Assembly (NCBI GenBank): GCA_039815375.1
Contig: JBCBZJ010000016.1
Span: forward strand, 13,913 to 77,912
Direction: 5' to 3'
Source of the DNA: Verrucomicrobiota bacterium
GTDB taxonomy: Bacteria; Verrucomicrobiota; Verrucomicrobiia; Opitutales; Coraliomargaritaceae
DNA: 64,000 bases
Part shown: piece by piece, positions 9,720 through 21,490 of the stretch
Position numbering within the stretch: position 1 is the stretch's first letter
Layout: every line of letters starts with the position of its first letter
Translations under genes and position numbers: made by a program
Notes under the pieces: generated by a model
What the model saw: only the letters and a program-made list of their open reading frames with translations
What the model was told of the DNA's origin: nothing
Database searches by the model: none

Positions 9720-10505
9720 TCAATCATTAGCTCCGTCTGAATTTTCGAGGGCCAACTCCCCACGCTTGAGGAAATTCCTGACCTTTGGATCGATTTCCGG
9801 ATCGTTTACGAGCTCATTTGGATTTCCATCGCAGAGCAATGTCTTGGTTTCTGCATCGAGAAAGAGTGCGCTATCCGCGATCGCGAAGATACTGGCTAGC
9901 TCGTGCGTCACAACAATCACCGTTGCACCAAGCGCATCACGCAGCTCAAGAATCAAGTCATCCAATCTTCTGGAACTCAATGGATCGAGGCCAGCAGAAG
10001 GCTCGTCGAAGAAGAGAATCTGCGGATCCAGTGCAATAGCTCGGGCCAACCCAGCTCGCTTGCGCATACCACCACTGAGTTCAGAGGGATAGCGATGACC
10101 GAATCCACCCAACCCGACCAGAGAAAGTTTAAATTCAACCACTTGCTCGATCTCTGGAGTCGAGAGCCCAGTATACTGCTCGAGCGGCAATGCGATATTC
10201 TGTGCAACGGTCATCGAGCTCCATAGAGCACCACTTTGGAAAAGCACACCGAAACGACGACAGAACGCATCTCCGGATGATTGCTCCGGCTCAAAGCGAT
10301 CTCCATCATAGTAAATGTCACCCTTCGAACTCTGCTCGAGCCCGATCATATGCTTCAGCAGAGTGCTCTTACCACAACCACTGCCTCCCATGATGATTTT
10401 AACCTCACCACGTTTAACCGTGAAATTAAGATCATTCATCACCACATAGTCTCCGTAAGCCATGGTGAGGTTTTGAACCGTAATCTTATCTTGTGAGCCT
10501 TCCAT
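9720..10505 (-). CDS. MlaF-like ABC transporter ATPase
   Basis: GGSGCGKS, LSGGMRKRAGLARA and FFDEPSAGLDP motifs. Confidence 0.93.
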   Translation of the reverse strand: MEGSQDKITVQNLTMAYGDYVVMNDLNFTVKRGEVKIIMGGSGCGKSTLLKHMIGLEQSSKGDIYYDGDRFEPEQSSGDAFCRRFGVLFQSGALWSSMTVAQNIALPLEQYTGLSTPEIEQVVEFKLSLVGLGGFGHRYPSELSGGMRKRAGLARAIALDPQILFFDEPSAGLDPLSSRRLDDLILELRDALGATVIVVTHELASIFAIADSALFLDAETKTLLCDGNPNELVNDPEIDPKVRNFLKRGELALENSDGAND

Positions 10506-10509
10506 TTCC

Positions 10510-11664
10510 TTAAATACCGATCATTTGGAAGAGAACGGCAAAGATCGCATCCGCGACGACGATCCATGTGATCGCAGTTACGACAGCCGACGTAGTAGCC
10601 AAACCGACAGCAGTTGCATCTTTACCACTATTCAAACCGCGATAACAACCCGAGACCGCGATAATCACGCCAAATACGACACTCTTGAATAGTCCGACCA
10701 AAAAGTCCGATAGCGCCACAGCATTATCGACTTGATTGACATATTGGACAACGCCGACATCCGAGATCGCAATCGCGACAACCATGCCACCAAGAATCGA
10801 CACAAAGTCGGCGCAAGCACAGAGCAAGGGCATCATCAAAACTAACGCAAGCACGCGAGGCAGCACTAGAAACTGCATGGGAGATATCCCGAAAGTAGTT
10901 AGCGCATCAATCTCCTCATTTACCTTCATGCTACCAATTTGCGCAGCGAACGCAGCACCTGTCCGGCCAGCCATGATTACACCAGCCATAACCGCCCCGA
11001 GCTCACGAGTTGTAGCCAAACCAACCAAGTCAGCCACGTAGATGTCTGCAGCAAACTTCTGCAACTGGATGACCCCGATGAACGCAATGATCAAGCCGGT
11101 CAAAAAACTCAGCAAGGAAACAATCGGTAGTGCCATCGGCCCTGTCGACTGAAGCAGGTAAAAGAAGTCTTCCCTACGGAGCTGCGCTCTACCTCGCAAC
11201 AGTTCAAAAAAATCGAGGGTTAGCTCTCCCAAAAAAGCGAAAAAGCCCTCAATCGCACCCCAGAAGCCAAGCGAATGCTCACCCAATCCCAAGAGCCAGC
11301 TACGCGCTTTAGTTTCCAAACGATTGGTGTTTTTCGGGATCGCAAGAGAGAGCCTCACCAAATTTTGAACACCTTCCGGCAAGCCATCCAGTTCACAGCT
11401 CAAGTCGTTCTCGCTGGCCCAGTCCTGACAGGCTCTTATAAATATGAGTAAGCCTGTATCCCACTCCTCAAGATGCTCCACGTCAAAACGGATGGAAGTA
11501 TAACGCGCTATATCAACACTTGCCAAGATATCTGATAGCTCAGGACGTTTCTCAGACAGCAACCAAGGACCGCAGAGCCTAAGAGTGAGGACGCAATCGT
11601 CGCCATCAGGATCGCTGCTGAGCGCGAAACACGCCGGCACAATCTTCTCTTGCTCACTCATCAA
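10510..11664 (-). CDS. MlaE-family permease with N-terminal STAS-like domain
   Basis: RELG..GRTGAAFAAQIGSMKVNEEIDAL; N-terminal WDTGLL STAS-like segment. Confidence 0.9.
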   Translation of the reverse strand: MMSEQEKIVPACFALSSDPDGDDCVLTLRLCGPWLLSEKRPELSDILASVDIARYTSIRFDVEHLEEWDTGLLIFIRACQDWASENDLSCELDGLPEGVQNLVRLSLAIPKNTNRLETKARSWLLGLGEHSLGFWGAIEGFFAFLGELTLDFFELLRGRAQLRREDFFYLLQSTGPMALPIVSLLSFLTGLIIAFIGVIQLQKFAADIYVADLVGLATTRELGAVMAGVIMAGRTGAAFAAQIGSMKVNEEIDALTTFGISPMQFLVLPRVLALVLMMPLLCACADFVSILGGMVVAIAISDVGVVQYVNQVDNAVALSDFLVGLFKSVVFGVIIAVSGCYRGLNSGKDATAVGLATTSAVVTAITWIVVADAIFAVLFQMIGI

Positions 11665-11766
11665 ATCGTTTTCAAATCACACCTTCGCTTGCCTTTCATG
11701 CCGGACGTGCCCATGGAATATTTCGTAGGGTGAACGATACACCTTGGCGAATAAAGCACATTTATT

Positions 11767-12423
11767 ATGCAAAACATCCTCTTCGACCTCGACGGCACCC
11801 TGATCGATCATTTCAGCGCGATCCACCGTGGAGTTGTCTATGCCCAACGTGAACTTGGCTTACCGGAGAGCGACTACCCAACTGTCCGCTCAACTGTGGG
11901 AGGATCCGTTCCCATTACCCTGGGAAAACTTTGCGGCATAGAACACGTTGACGCTGCAGAACCAATTTTCAAAAAACACTTCGCCGAGATCATGTATGAT
12001 GATGTTGAGGCACTCCCGGGCAGCGCAGAACTGCTTAAACAGCTCAAATTCAAAGGCTACAAACTAGCGGTATTCACCAACAAATATGAGGTCCATGCCG
12101 AAGCGATTCTCAAACACCTCGGCCTGACAGGGCATCTGGATGACGTAATCGGAACCGGACACGGCCACGGACTGCGAAAGCCCGATCCGCGTTTCACAAT
12201 GGAAGCCCTCGAAAGAATGGACTGTGCTTCCGACGAGGCCATCATGATCGGCGACTCCCCTTATGACTACGCTGCCGCAGAGGCAGGCTGTCTTCCCTGC
12301 TACCTTGTCGCGACTGGAAGCCATAGCATCGCAAAACTTCACGAAGAGACGAACGCCACCGGAATTTATCATGACCTGATTGAACTCGGACATGAGCTAT
12401 TTCGCATCTCTCTATCAAAGTAA
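11767..12423 (+). CDS. HAD-family hydrolase (phosphoglycolate phosphatase-like)
   Basis: FDLDGTLID, FTNK, KPDP and IGDS motifs. Confidence 0.9.
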   Translation: MQNILFDLDGTLIDHFSAIHRGVVYAQRELGLPESDYPTVRSTVGGSVPITLGKLCGIEHVDAAEPIFKKHFAEIMYDDVEALPGSAELLKQLKFKGYKLAVFTNKYEVHAEAILKHLGLTGHLDDVIGTGHGHGLRKPDPRFTMEALERMDCASDEAIMIGDSPYDYAAAEAGCLPCYLVATGSHSIAKLHEETNATGIYHDLIELGHELFRISLSK

Positions 12424-13070
12424 TGTCTCTCCCATTTCCAAAAACCGTCCTTTGGGACATGGACGGCACCCTGATTGACCAAACCGCGCCAATTATTCGT
12501 TGCTATGTCGAAGTCATCACAAATCTGGGCTATCCTGAACCATCGCCTTCAGAAATCCACCGCAGCATGGGTGGGCCTATGGCGTCCACTATGGGCCTTT
12601 TTATTGAACCAGATCTCCTTGAAGAAGCCTGTGCTGCCTTTCGAAGGCGCTTTCCCGAAATAATGTTCGAAGGACTTATCATTCTACCGGGTGCTCTTGA
12701 ATTGATTGAATATTTTGCAGCTAGAGAGATCCCTCAGGCCATTTTCACGAACAAGCACGGCGAAACCGCCCGAGCTGTGAGCGAACACTGTGGATTTGCA
12801 AAACACATCCCAGTTTGCATCGGAAATACGGATACAAAATGGGCCAAACCTGAAGCCGACTTAACCAACTATGTATTGCAAAAAATTCCTGCGACGAACG
12901 AGGCTGCAGTTCTCATTGGCGACTCACCGACTGACGTGCAGACGGCCCAAAATGCAGGTATCGAATGCTACGGCATCACGACTGGGGCGCATACCAAAGA
13001 CGAACTCAAGCGAGCTGGTGCCCTACATTCTTTTGAAAGTTTAACTCAGCTGAAAATCCGTTTCAACTAA
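12423..13070 (+). CDS. HAD-family hydrolase (tandem paralogue)
   Basis: [16 protein letters not shown] and IGDS motifs; TAATG overlap with the upstream gene. Confidence 0.9.
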   Translation: MSLPFPKTVLWDMDGTLIDQTAPIIRCYVEVITNLGYPEPSPSEIHRSMGGPMASTMGLFIEPDLLEEACAAFRRRFPEIMFEGLIILPGALELIEYFAAREIPQAIFTNKHGETARAVSEHCGFAKHIPVCIGNTDTKWAKPEADLTNYVLQKIPATNEAAVLIGDSPTDVQTAQNAGIECYGITTGAHTKDELKRAGALHSFESLTQLKIRFN

Positions 13071-14299
13071 CCGAAGAAACGCTGCAGTTTTCTCACTGCG
13101 TTCGTGAGGCGCTCGACATCCCCGAAATCATTGTAAAACGCAAAGGATGCACGAGCCGTAGCGGGCAAACCATATCGCTTCAATAACGGTTGTGTGCAAT
13201 GATGCCCCGCTCGAATCGCGACACCATCAGCATCCAAAAAAGTGCCAATGTCGTGCGGATGAATACCGTCGATAACAAAAGAGAGAATCGATGCCTTATC
13301 TGGTGCAGTGCCGATAATTCGCAGGTCATCGACCTCACGAAGCGACTCAGTAGCTGCATGCAGAAGTGCTGTCTCGTGTGCGAGTGCACCTTCACGATCC
13401 AACCGACTCATGTAATCAACCGCCGCCACGAGCCCAATAACACCGGAGATATGCGGTGTGCCCGCTTCGAATTTTGACGGAATCGGCTTGTAGGTCGTGC
13501 CCGCAAAATCGACCTGCTCAATCATATCTCCACCACTCTCGTATGGCGGGAATTTTTCAAGCCATTCACGCTTGCCCCACAGGACTCCGATTCCTGTCGG
13601 GCCAAGTAGCTTGTGAGCGGAAAAAACAAAGAAATCACAATCCAAAGCGGCGATGTCGACAGGCATATGTGGAACGGACTGGCAGCCATCCAGTAGAACC
13701 GGGACTCCAAGCGCATGCGCTCGTTCAATCATCGTCTCGACTGGATTGATCGTGCCGAGAGAGTTCGAAACATGGACGATGCCTAGTAACTTTGTCTTTT
13801 CAGAAAGCATACTACTGAAGGCATCGAGATCTATCTCGCCGTCTTCAGTAACCGGTATGACTCTAAGTTCGGCGCCGGTCTTTTCGGCTGCGATTTGCCA
13901 TGGCACGATATTCGCATGATGCTCCATGTGGCTGATAAGGATCTCATCACCCTGCTTCAAAACGGTCTCGATGAAGCCATGCGCGACCAAGTTGATACCT
14001 TCAGTTGCACCTCTGACAAAGATGATCTCAGCAGGATCCGGCGCACCTATGAAATCTGCGATTTTGGAACGTGCCGACTCGTAAGCATCTGTTGCCTGCT
14101 CACTCAGATAGTGCACTCCGCGGTGGATATTGGAATTCTCAGAGGTGTAATAGCGCTGTAATGTCTCAATAACAGAAGTGGGCTTTTGCGAAGTCGCACC
14201 ATTATCCAGATACGTCAGGGGCTTGCCCCGCACATCTGTTGCCAGGATAGGAAAATCAGCCCGAATGCGGGCTATATCAAATGACTCTAATTCGCTCAC
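13067..14299 (-). CDS. sufS: SufS-type cysteine desulfurase
   Basis: [23 protein letters not shown] and IRAGHHC motifs; start probably GTG at 14299. Confidence 0.92.
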   Translation of the reverse strand: MSELESFDIARIRADFPILATDVRGKPLTYLDNGATSQKPTSVIETLQRYYTSENSNIHRGVHYLSEQATDAYESARSKIADFIGAPDPAEIIFVRGATEGINLVAHGFIETVLKQGDEILISHMEHHANIVPWQIAAEKTGAELRVIPVTEDGEIDLDAFSSMLSEKTKLLGIVHVSNSLGTINPVETMIERAHALGVPVLLDGCQSVPHMPVDIAALDCDFFVFSAHKLLGPTGIGVLWGKREWLEKFPPYESGGDMIEQVDFAGTTYKPIPSKFEAGTPHISGVIGLVAAVDYMSRLDREGALAHETALLHAATESLREVDDLRIIGTAPDKASILSFVIDGIHPHDIGTFLDADGVAIRAGHHCTQPLLKRYGLPATARASFAFYNDFGDVERLTNAVRKLQRFFG

Positions 14300-14398
14300 G
14301 GGTCTTAATGTCCCTGCTTCATGAAGAATCTCAACGGAATTTAGACGAAATTTTCGGTAGAGCTTTGCGAGCTTTTGAACATCTTCTGAACAAAACTC

Positions 14399-15085
14399 TT
14401 GATGAAAGCCCGCAATCAATCCGGAAAGATTATTTTCACCGTCGTCGTTATCGCAGCGCTTATTACCGCCTCGATACTCGGGATTTCATTCTATTTTTCC
14501 AGTTCGAGTATCCACAGTTTGCTGACCGAAAATCACAAGCTTAACAAAGCGATTCGCAATCTTACCGCCGAGCAGCAGATCGGCTACGCAAGCTTGGTCT
14601 CACAATCGAACGACGGTCTTGGAAATGTCCAGAGTCTGGTCAAGTTCGTGCAAACTGCCCCAGAGAATCCAGACGAAATCGTGTCCGAACAGCTTTTTCC
14701 GATCAATGGCAATATCGTCCATTTTGATGCACTGATCGTAAAATTCAGCAGTCAGTATGTTCAGGACGGTAAAGGTCGCGCGCTTTACCTCTGGCGAAGA
14801 ATTTACGGAGAAAATACCGCACCAGGAGACGGAATGCTGATTGAAGCGCCGGGCGAGAGGCCGGAACGTTACAGTGCCATCACCAAATCACTCCGACTGA
14901 AGAACCAGCTCGTTTTCTGGGATGCCATATGGGGCCTTGCGAACAATCCCAAACAGCTGAGCGAATACGGGGTGAGTGCGGTCTATGGAAACGCGATCTA
15001 TACGAAGATGGAGCCCGGCAAAGTCTACGTCTTCAAAATCAGTGCTACCGGACAGATCTATCCGGAACTGGTCTATTTCGAATAG
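14399..15085 (+). CDS. Hypothetical N-terminally membrane-anchored protein
   Basis: 228-aa ORF with a TM helix, a short coiled coil and a globular C-terminal domain. Confidence 0.7.
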   Translation: MMKARNQSGKIIFTVVVIAALITASILGISFYFSSSSIHSLLTENHKLNKAIRNLTAEQQIGYASLVSQSNDGLGNVQSLVKFVQTAPENPDEIVSEQLFPINGNIVHFDALIVKFSSQYVQDGKGRALYLWRRIYGENTAPGDGMLIEAPGERPERYSAITKSLRLKNQLVFWDAIWGLANNPKQLSEYGVSAVYGNAIYTKMEPGKVYVFKISATGQIYPELVYFE

Positions 15086-15087
15086 CT

Positions 15088-15639
15088 TTACTGCGGCGGA
15101 GCCACCGGCCGTATGTTGCCGCCAAAGATACGCTTGTAGATTTCGTTCTCAGGCTGTCGGAGCTCGGCAATTGTAAAGCCCTTCCCTTTGACGTAGTAAG
15201 GTCCGTACCGGTAACTGGCTGCCAAAAGAGGATAGCTAAAGGAATCATGACTTTCCAAAAAATCGCGGCAGAAGGCCAAATAATCGACACCAACGCGAAT
15301 GTTCGTTTTCCAATTCCATGCATGACGGTAGGACTCATCGGAGACTTCGCGCCATGCTGACTTCGTCAACTGCATCATACCGCGAGCCACTGAGCTACGC
15401 GCCTTTGCATCCAAACTACTCTCCGCCCAGGCGAGTGCATAAACAAACTCAGGATCAATACCTTGTTCCGGTGCAACTTCATTGATGTAGTTCCAGACTT
15501 TAACCGGTGAGACCTGTTCCGAGTCGGAGCCAAGGGTCTTCGTCAAAATAAGAGCCAACAAGCCTGCTGCCAGTCCGAGCACTATGGCGAGACGTATCAA
15601 TAAACGCTCATCGCGGCGATAACGCTGGTCAATCGGCAT
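15088..15639 (-). CDS. Lytic transglycosylase (SLT domain)
   Basis: AWAESS..ARGMMQL..NIRVGVDYL..ASYRYGP; N-terminal TM. Confidence 0.85.
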   Translation of the reverse strand: MPIDQRYRRDERLLIRLAIVLGLAAGLLALILTKTLGSDSEQVSPVKVWNYINEVAPEQGIDPEFVYALAWAESSLDAKARSSVARGMMQLTKSAWREVSDESYRHAWNWKTNIRVGVDYLAFCRDFLESHDSFSYPLLAASYRYGPYYVKGKGFTIAELRQPENEIYKRIFGGNIRPVAPPQ

Positions 15640-15695
15640 ATTTCCAAGCTTTTCGAAAAGACGAGAGCTGACAACCCAAAGGAATAATAAATGTG

Positions 15696-16544
15696 TTACA
15701 CTTCCTTAAAGCGACGGCCTTCGAGCACACTTTTCTTTTCCTCTTCAGAAGCCGCCTTCAGAGTTCTCATCCCAGGCCGGAAACGTATCACGGTATTAAA
15801 GGCTTCCGGTAATTCGGACTTTGCATGAAAGGTGCGCACTTTTCCTTTGAAGGAGTAGTTCACTTTGGTCTCTCCCGAGTGAAGCATCATGCGTTTCTCT
15901 CCAGTTTCCATCGTAACTTCCTTGTTGAAGCTAAAACTACCGTAGGTGCGGTCTCCCACAATCGGATGCCCATGTTTCTTGCACTGAACGCGAAGCTGGT
16001 GGGTCCGCCCTGTAATCGGCATGAGTTTAACGAGCGAAACAGGAAAACCACCAGTTGGCTTAGCTATGCACTGGAAAGTCGTCTTTGCTTCAATCTTACG
16101 CCCTCCTTTTATAACACGCCTACCGTTGACCAGATCTTTACTGATCATATCGGACCAACTACCCGTCTTATTCTTGAGATGATGGCGGACAAGCGCGTAG
16201 TAGGTCTTTTGAACCCGATGGGTTGCAAACATGATCTTGATTTCGGCTGTGATCTCCGGGTTCAGACCAATGAGAATCAGTCCGGAAGTCGGAGAATCGA
16301 GCCGATTGATAAGCCAGACCTTCTGTTCATTGCCCTGATCATCTTCCCAAAAATAAAATTCACCCTCATAGTCGTAACTTACAGTCAACAAGGAGCGTTT
16401 AATGTCATCGCTCTTGTTCGGATGAGACATGATGTTATCAGGCTTTTCTAAAGCAACTAAGCCATCGTCATTCGAAGCAACGACGTGAACGTCACGATTT
16501 AAAGGAAGGTCTTTAATTTTCGTATTTTGAGGCAAAGTCATCAT
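15696..16544 (-). CDS. RluA-family pseudouridine synthase
   Basis: NRLDSPTSG, TGRTHQLRV and HPIVGD motifs. Confidence 0.92.
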   Translation of the reverse strand: MMTLPQNTKIKDLPLNRDVHVVASNDDGLVALEKPDNIMSHPNKSDDIKRSLLTVSYDYEGEFYFWEDDQGNEQKVWLINRLDSPTSGLILIGLNPEITAEIKIMFATHRVQKTYYALVRHHLKNKTGSWSDMISKDLVNGRRVIKGGRKIEAKTTFQCIAKPTGGFPVSLVKLMPITGRTHQLRVQCKKHGHPIVGDRTYGSFSFNKEVTMETGEKRMMLHSGETKVNYSFKGKVRTFHAKSELPEAFNTVIRFRPGMRTLKAASEEEKKSVLEGRRFKEV

Positions 16545-16590
16545 GCAAGGAAAGTGTCGAAAGACTGCACGAAAAGCACAATCTCAATTC

Positions 16591-17688
16591 TCAGAGGTAG
16601 TTGAAAACAACATTCATCCAACGTTCCTCGCCGAAAACCTGAACCATTTCCTCAGTCCATGGCCGAAAGGGCGAACGCTTCGAAATAGCAGTCACACAGA
16701 TCACTGTCGCAATTTCTCCGGCCGTGGTTTTCACGGCTTCGACATTGTCAACCGTGCCATCTGCCTTCATTCTAAAACGCACATAGACTCGAGTCGATGT
16801 GTCGATTGGTTGGAAAAATTCAATCTCCTGATACCAGCCAATCTGCACTGCAGCATAGAATTGCTGTTCATATTCGCCGAACTCACTGAAGGTCGCATCA
16901 ATCGCGATTGCACCACGACGGTTTGCAGAACCCTGTGACTTCATCAGCGGCCCGGTAATCAGCTCGGGTGCCAATCGTGGACGCGCCCTGGGCGTCGGCC
17001 GAGCCTCGACGGCTCCGCCAGCACCATCACCAGTCTGAACCTCAGGTTGAACCAGTTCAGGTGGTCGGTAAACGTTGATCGGCGCATCGGGAACGGGTTG
17101 CTCAAAAACCTCGGGCGCATCGGCAGTCAATTCCAACCGACTACCGGGCCCCTCTTCAGCTACTGGCTTTTGCTGGATAAAATTGGGAGCCGGCAAGGGT
17201 TGCACAGGGCTCACAGCAGCCAGCGCTCGAGCCCCCAGTTTGCCACCTTCGGTGCCCTGGCCTTCACCGGGCTTCGCAGCCGGTGAATACAAACCAGGCG
17301 GAACCGGAGGAACCTGCTCGGGCTGACCCTGCACAATTTTCTGCGATTCTCTCTCTCCATCTACCGAAGGCGTATTCGAAGCATCGCTGAGGGGATTCTC
17401 ATCAGCAGCTTGTTGCGCTCGGAAAGAATATTGATCTTTGCGGTCAGGTTCGTTCTTGGGAACTTCCGGGTTGGCTTCGACAAACCGCAGCTCCTGAGGC
17501 TCAACCAGAGCTATTTCATAGATTACCGCCTCTTCATCCTTTACTTCGTGATGTGCAGGCATGACTCGGTCCGGCAAGAGCAACAGAACAGCCAGATGCA
17601 CCAATACAGTAATCGAAAAAGCAGCCCAAACTGTCTTCCAGCGGCCAGAGCGGAATTCATCAAAAGGATGCGTCAGTGCGGTCTGCAT
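16591..17688 (-). CDS. Membrane-anchored Pro-rich protein with TonB/TolA-like C-terminal domain
   Basis: N-terminal TM (VHLAVLL), Pro-rich linker, C-terminal V.VRF.M..DG.V..PFRPW..F.Y. Confidence 0.6.
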   Translation of the reverse strand: MQTALTHPFDEFRSGRWKTVWAAFSITVLVHLAVLLLLPDRVMPAHHEVKDEEAVIYEIALVEPQELRFVEANPEVPKNEPDRKDQYSFRAQQAADENPLSDASNTPSVDGERESQKIVQGQPEQVPPVPPGLYSPAAKPGEGQGTEGGKLGARALAAVSPVQPLPAPNFIQQKPVAEEGPGSRLELTADAPEVFEQPVPDAPINVYRPPELVQPEVQTGDGAGGAVEARPTPRARPRLAPELITGPLMKSQGSANRRGAIAIDATFSEFGEYEQQFYAAVQIGWYQEIEFFQPIDTSTRVYVRFRMKADGTVDNVEAVKTTAGEIATVICVTAISKRSPFRPWTEEMVQVFGEERWMNVVFNYL

Positions 17689-17721
17689 GTAAAATAACTT
17701 CGTTGAAGCAATATTCAGGCA

Positions 17722-18312
17722 TTAGACATTAAAATCAAAATCATGTTCAGCAAACCTGCGCTTCAGGGCCTGGATTGGCAGCCCCATCACATTCTCGACA
17801 GAACCCTCGACCGACTCGATGATCCAGCTACGGGCCTGTTGAATGCCATAGGCTCCTGCCTTATCAAGCGGGTTGACCTGCTCGAAATAGCGCTCAATTA
17901 GAGCATCATCCAAGACCTTGAAACGGACTTCACTATTTTCGACAAACAAATCCTTCAGGCTGCCCTCTTCCCAAAAAAGCGCAACACCGGTATACACTGT
18001 ATGACTGCGTCCAGATAGGCGTTTCAGCATAGTGCGAGCTTCATCCATATCCACCGGCTTGTTCAAAACTTCATCGCCGAGTGCAACCGTTGTATCCGAA
18101 CCAAGCACTAGAGAGTTCTGCCGCACGGGGCTCAAAGCAGAGGCCTTAAGTGCTGCATTTGCAGCCACCATCTCAGCCGGACCATTCCGAGGATCATTGT
18201 CTTCCTCTACATCGACAGGGCAGATCTCAAATCGTAGCCCCATTCGCTGGAGCAGTTCGCTCCGTCGTGGCGAGGCTGATGCTAGAATCAAATTATCAGG
18301 ACAGCGCGGCAT
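17722..18312 (-). CDS. maf: Maf-family nucleoside triphosphate pyrophosphatase
   Basis: [25 protein letters not shown] and NVMGLP motifs. Confidence 0.93.
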   Translation of the reverse strand: MPRCPDNLILASASPRRSELLQRMGLRFEICPVDVEEDNDPRNGPAEMVAANAALKASALSPVRQNSLVLGSDTTVALGDEVLNKPVDMDEARTMLKRLSGRSHTVYTGVALFWEEGSLKDLFVENSEVRFKVLDDALIERYFEQVNPLDKAGAYGIQQARSWIIESVEGSVENVMGLPIQALKRRFAEHDFDFNV

Positions 18313-18313
18313 C

Positions 18314-19669
18314 TTACTCGAGGACGCGCTCGACGGAGCCAACCGACCTCGCAAAAGCAAGACGACTCAATCCATAGAGATAAATAGCCCGAAGGTGACT
18401 GCGCTCAGCATCAGCCAGGCGCTGCTGCGCATCAATCAACTCAGTGTTGTCAGCCAAACCTTCCTTGTAACGTTCTCTGGCCTGCTCTACCTCCTCCATA
18501 CCCAGTCGAAGTTCATCACGAGCAAATTCGATCTGCGTGTAACGCGATTCCATATCCAACATAGCAAACTTAAATTCGCGCTCGATCCGAATCTGGAGTT
18601 GACGCATCGCATATTGGTTCTGTCGCACAGCTTGACTAGCCTCGCGCTTCTCTGCCTCGATCCGGTTGCCCTCCCAAATCGGCATGCTTGCCTCAATCCC
18701 TACGACCCAAGCTTCACCTTCATTACCGTCAAAGATCTTATTGCTATCGTAGCCCCATTCGCCGAACAGACTGATGTTGGGCAAACGCTGCCAGCCCGCA
18801 GCTTTTTTAGCCAGAATCGCTTGGTCCAGAAGCTTCAGCTGACTCTGAAATTCCGGTCGCATTTCAGTCAAGTCCACCATTTCACCATAGCGCTTCAAGG
18901 CAGGCGGCGATTTGATTCCGTCGACGAGGGAACGGTCCAGCAGGAGGTCGAGATCGAGGTCGAGATCGAGCAAAGCCTTTAGCTGAAGAATCGAATTATC
19001 CGCGTTGGTTATCGCCTCCATCAAATCGCGTTTGACTGTAGCTAGACGAACATCCGCACGCGTCACATCGATCTTTACAGTGGCTCCCGCCTCGAACTGC
19101 TGCTTCGCCAATTTAAGAAGCTCTTCCTCCCGGGCTCGATTTCCTTCAAAAATCTCAACCTGCCTGAGGTCTCGCAAATGAGTAAAATAAATGAGAATCG
19201 CCTGATCCAAGACATCCTGAAGAGCCACCTCGTAATCGAACTGCTGTATCGCGTAGGAAAGTTTGGCGAGTTTCCAATCCGCGAACCGTTGCGAATCAAT
19301 CAAACTAATACTGCCTTCGACCCGAGCACCGAATGAATTAAAGATCACGGAACTTGGAAGTGCACCGGAGAAAAAGTCGGTTGAGAATTTACTGCGTGTC
19401 TGCCGTGCACTTAATCCAAATTGCGGGAGCAGGGCCGCACGCTGCTGATAACTTTGCTCCAAAGCACGGCGAACCGATTCCTTCTGTATCAGAAGTTCCA
19501 GATTCTGGGACTTCACTCGATCGATGACGTCCGGGACTGTCATGTAGAGTGGCTCCTCATTGCTGGAAACATCACCATTCCCCAGTGGAGCTTCCGAGAC
19601 CACCTCAGCGATGGACCAACCGATACCGACAAAAAGGAACAGACTGAAAATCTTGAAAACTCGTGTCAT
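18314..19669 (-). CDS. TolC-family outer membrane efflux protein
   Basis: Signal peptide and two OEP-like repeats (LLPQFGL; RLPNISL..MPIWEG; RYKEG..ELIDAQ). Confidence 0.88.
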   Translation of the reverse strand: MTRVFKIFSLFLFVGIGWSIAEVVSEAPLGNGDVSSNEEPLYMTVPDVIDRVKSQNLELLIQKESVRRALEQSYQQRAALLPQFGLSARQTRSKFSTDFFSGALPSSVIFNSFGARVEGSISLIDSQRFADWKLAKLSYAIQQFDYEVALQDVLDQAILIYFTHLRDLRQVEIFEGNRAREEELLKLAKQQFEAGATVKIDVTRADVRLATVKRDLMEAITNADNSILQLKALLDLDLDLDLLLDRSLVDGIKSPPALKRYGEMVDLTEMRPEFQSQLKLLDQAILAKKAAGWQRLPNISLFGEWGYDSNKIFDGNEGEAWVVGIEASMPIWEGNRIEAEKREASQAVRQNQYAMRQLQIRIEREFKFAMLDMESRYTQIEFARDELRLGMEEVEQARERYKEGLADNTELIDAQQRLADAERSHLRAIYLYGLSRLAFARSVGSVERVLE

Positions 19670-19769
19670 CGCAAAATAGTGGACATGTCGTAAGGTCAAA
19701 GGCAGCACTATCATCATTCTCGCCTAGACCTTTGCAAGTCGCCAATTCAAACAATTGTTTAATTTTTTC

Positions 19770-21419
19770 ATGAACATCGGTATTGCCCAGATAAACACCA
19801 CAGTTGGTGACCTCTCCGGCAATAGAGAGTTGATCCTAAAGGCTTATCGGCAACTTACAGAGGAAGGTGCTGAGCTCGTGCTTTTCCCTGAACTGGCCGT
19901 CTGCGGTTACCCTCCGCGGGACCTACTCTTCAAGAGCCGGTTCGTCGAGGACACGGAAGCAACGCTTCGGGAAATCGCAGCCACGACGACCGCAGTGCCC
20001 GCGGTAATCGGCTTCGTCGAATCGCGCAAGTTTGCCGACAAAGGTCGACCCTTCTACAACTCCGCTGCCTGGTGCGCCGAGGGCCAAATCCAGCATATTG
20101 CTCGAAAGTCTCTCCTCCCGAATTATGACGTTTTCGACGAAGAGCGCTACTTCGAGCCGGCCAAAGGTCCAAGCGTGATCGAATGGGAGGGCAAAAAGGT
20201 CGGCATTACGATCTGCGAAGATATCTGGAACCATGAATCCATCCCCACCAGCCGCCGCTACTGCGACGACCCTGTTGCAGAACTCGCCGAGCAGAACATC
20301 GACTTGATGCTGAATTTGTCTGCCAGCCCATGGCACCAGGGTAAGAACGAAGCGCGCGAACCTCTTGTTCAGAATGCAGCCAAACGCTGTAAATGTGCTG
20401 CCGTTTATTGCAATGCGGTCGGTGGCAATGATGAACTCATCTTCGATGGCGGTAGCCTCGCGGTCGATCCCGAGCGTGGACTACTCGCAGGCCTTGCTGC
20501 CTTTAGAGAGGAGAACCAAGTCATCCATCTGGAAGACGGCCCGGCCTATTTTTCAGAGTATTTCAACCTAAAGGGGAATGCCGCTACTCAGGCAGCACTT
20601 GTTACCGGCCTCCACGACTATGCCAAAAAAAGCGGCTTCTCCAAAGCGCTGATCGGGCTTTCAGGTGGAATTGACTCAGCCGTTGTTTGCGCCTTAGCCG
20701 CAGAAGCTTTCGGATCCGAAAATGTTATCGGGATCGCCCTGCCCTCGGCAATTTCGAGTCAACATAGCCGTGACGACGCGGCCGCACTCGCCAAGAATCT
20801 CGGTATCGAATACCATGAAGTTGCAATTGCAGATACCGTGGCATCAGCCGAATCTGCGCTGGCTCCAATCTTTGGAGACCGGGAAAAAGATGTCACAGAA
20901 GAAAATATTCAGGCCCGCTCACGCGGACTCCTGCTCATGGCGATGTCGAACAAGTTTGGTGCGCTGCTGCTGACTACCGGCAACAAAAGCGAGATTTCTG
21001 TCGGCTACTGCACTCTATATGGAGACATGTGCGGCGGTTTGGCTGTGATCTCCGACTTGCCAAAAATGAAAGTTTACGCCCTCGCCCGTCATATCAACTC
21101 AGATGCCGGCAAGGAGCTGATACCGGTCAATACAATTGAAAAAGCGCCGTCCGCTGAGCTCCGCCCTGACCAAAAGGACGAAGACTCTCTTCCGCCCTAT
21201 CCCGTGCTTGACGGCATCCTCCGCCTATATGTGGAAGAGGGCCTCTCCCGTGCAGAGATCGTCGAAAAAGGCTACGCAAACGGAATCGTCGACGATATTG
21301 TGCGTAAGGTCGACCTGAACGAATATAAACGCAAACAAGCCGCACCTGGTCTTAAAACAACACCGCTCGCTTTCGGCGTCGGCCGCCGCATTCCTATCGT
21401 CCAAAAATACATCAGTTAG
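19770..21419 (+). CDS. nadE: Glutamine-dependent NAD+ synthetase
   Basis: Nitrilase domain (FPEL, ICEDIW) plus [14 protein letters not shown] and [16 protein letters not shown]. Confidence 0.96.
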   Translation: MNIGIAQINTTVGDLSGNRELILKAYRQLTEEGAELVLFPELAVCGYPPRDLLFKSRFVEDTEATLREIAATTTAVPAVIGFVESRKFADKGRPFYNSAAWCAEGQIQHIARKSLLPNYDVFDEERYFEPAKGPSVIEWEGKKVGITICEDIWNHESIPTSRRYCDDPVAELAEQNIDLMLNLSASPWHQGKNEAREPLVQNAAKRCKCAAVYCNAVGGNDELIFDGGSLAVDPERGLLAGLAAFREENQVIHLEDGPAYFSEYFNLKGNAATQAALVTGLHDYAKKSGFSKALIGLSGGIDSAVVCALAAEAFGSENVIGIALPSAISSQHSRDDAAALAKNLGIEYHEVAIADTVASAESALAPIFGDREKDVTEENIQARSRGLLLMAMSNKFGALLLTTGNKSEISVGYCTLYGDMCGGLAVISDLPKMKVYALARHINSDAGKELIPVNTIEKAPSAELRPDQKDEDSLPPYPVLDGILRLYVEEGLSRAEIVEKGYANGIVDDIVRKVDLNEYKRKQAAPGLKTTPLAFGVGRRIPIVQKYIS

Positions 21420-21490
21420 AATTAACAGATTTCGCAGATTTTCAGGATTCATTTTGTTCAAAGTAATCTGTGTCGTCTGCAGGTAAAAAT

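Noticed and set aside
18930..18975. GAGGTCGAGATC short tandem repeat
   Set aside because: It encodes LDLDLDL within the TolC gene; a coding low-complexity stretch, not an array.
18032..18982. 316-aa plus-strand ORF
   Set aside because: Antisense to maf and the TolC gene, with no protein-like motifs.
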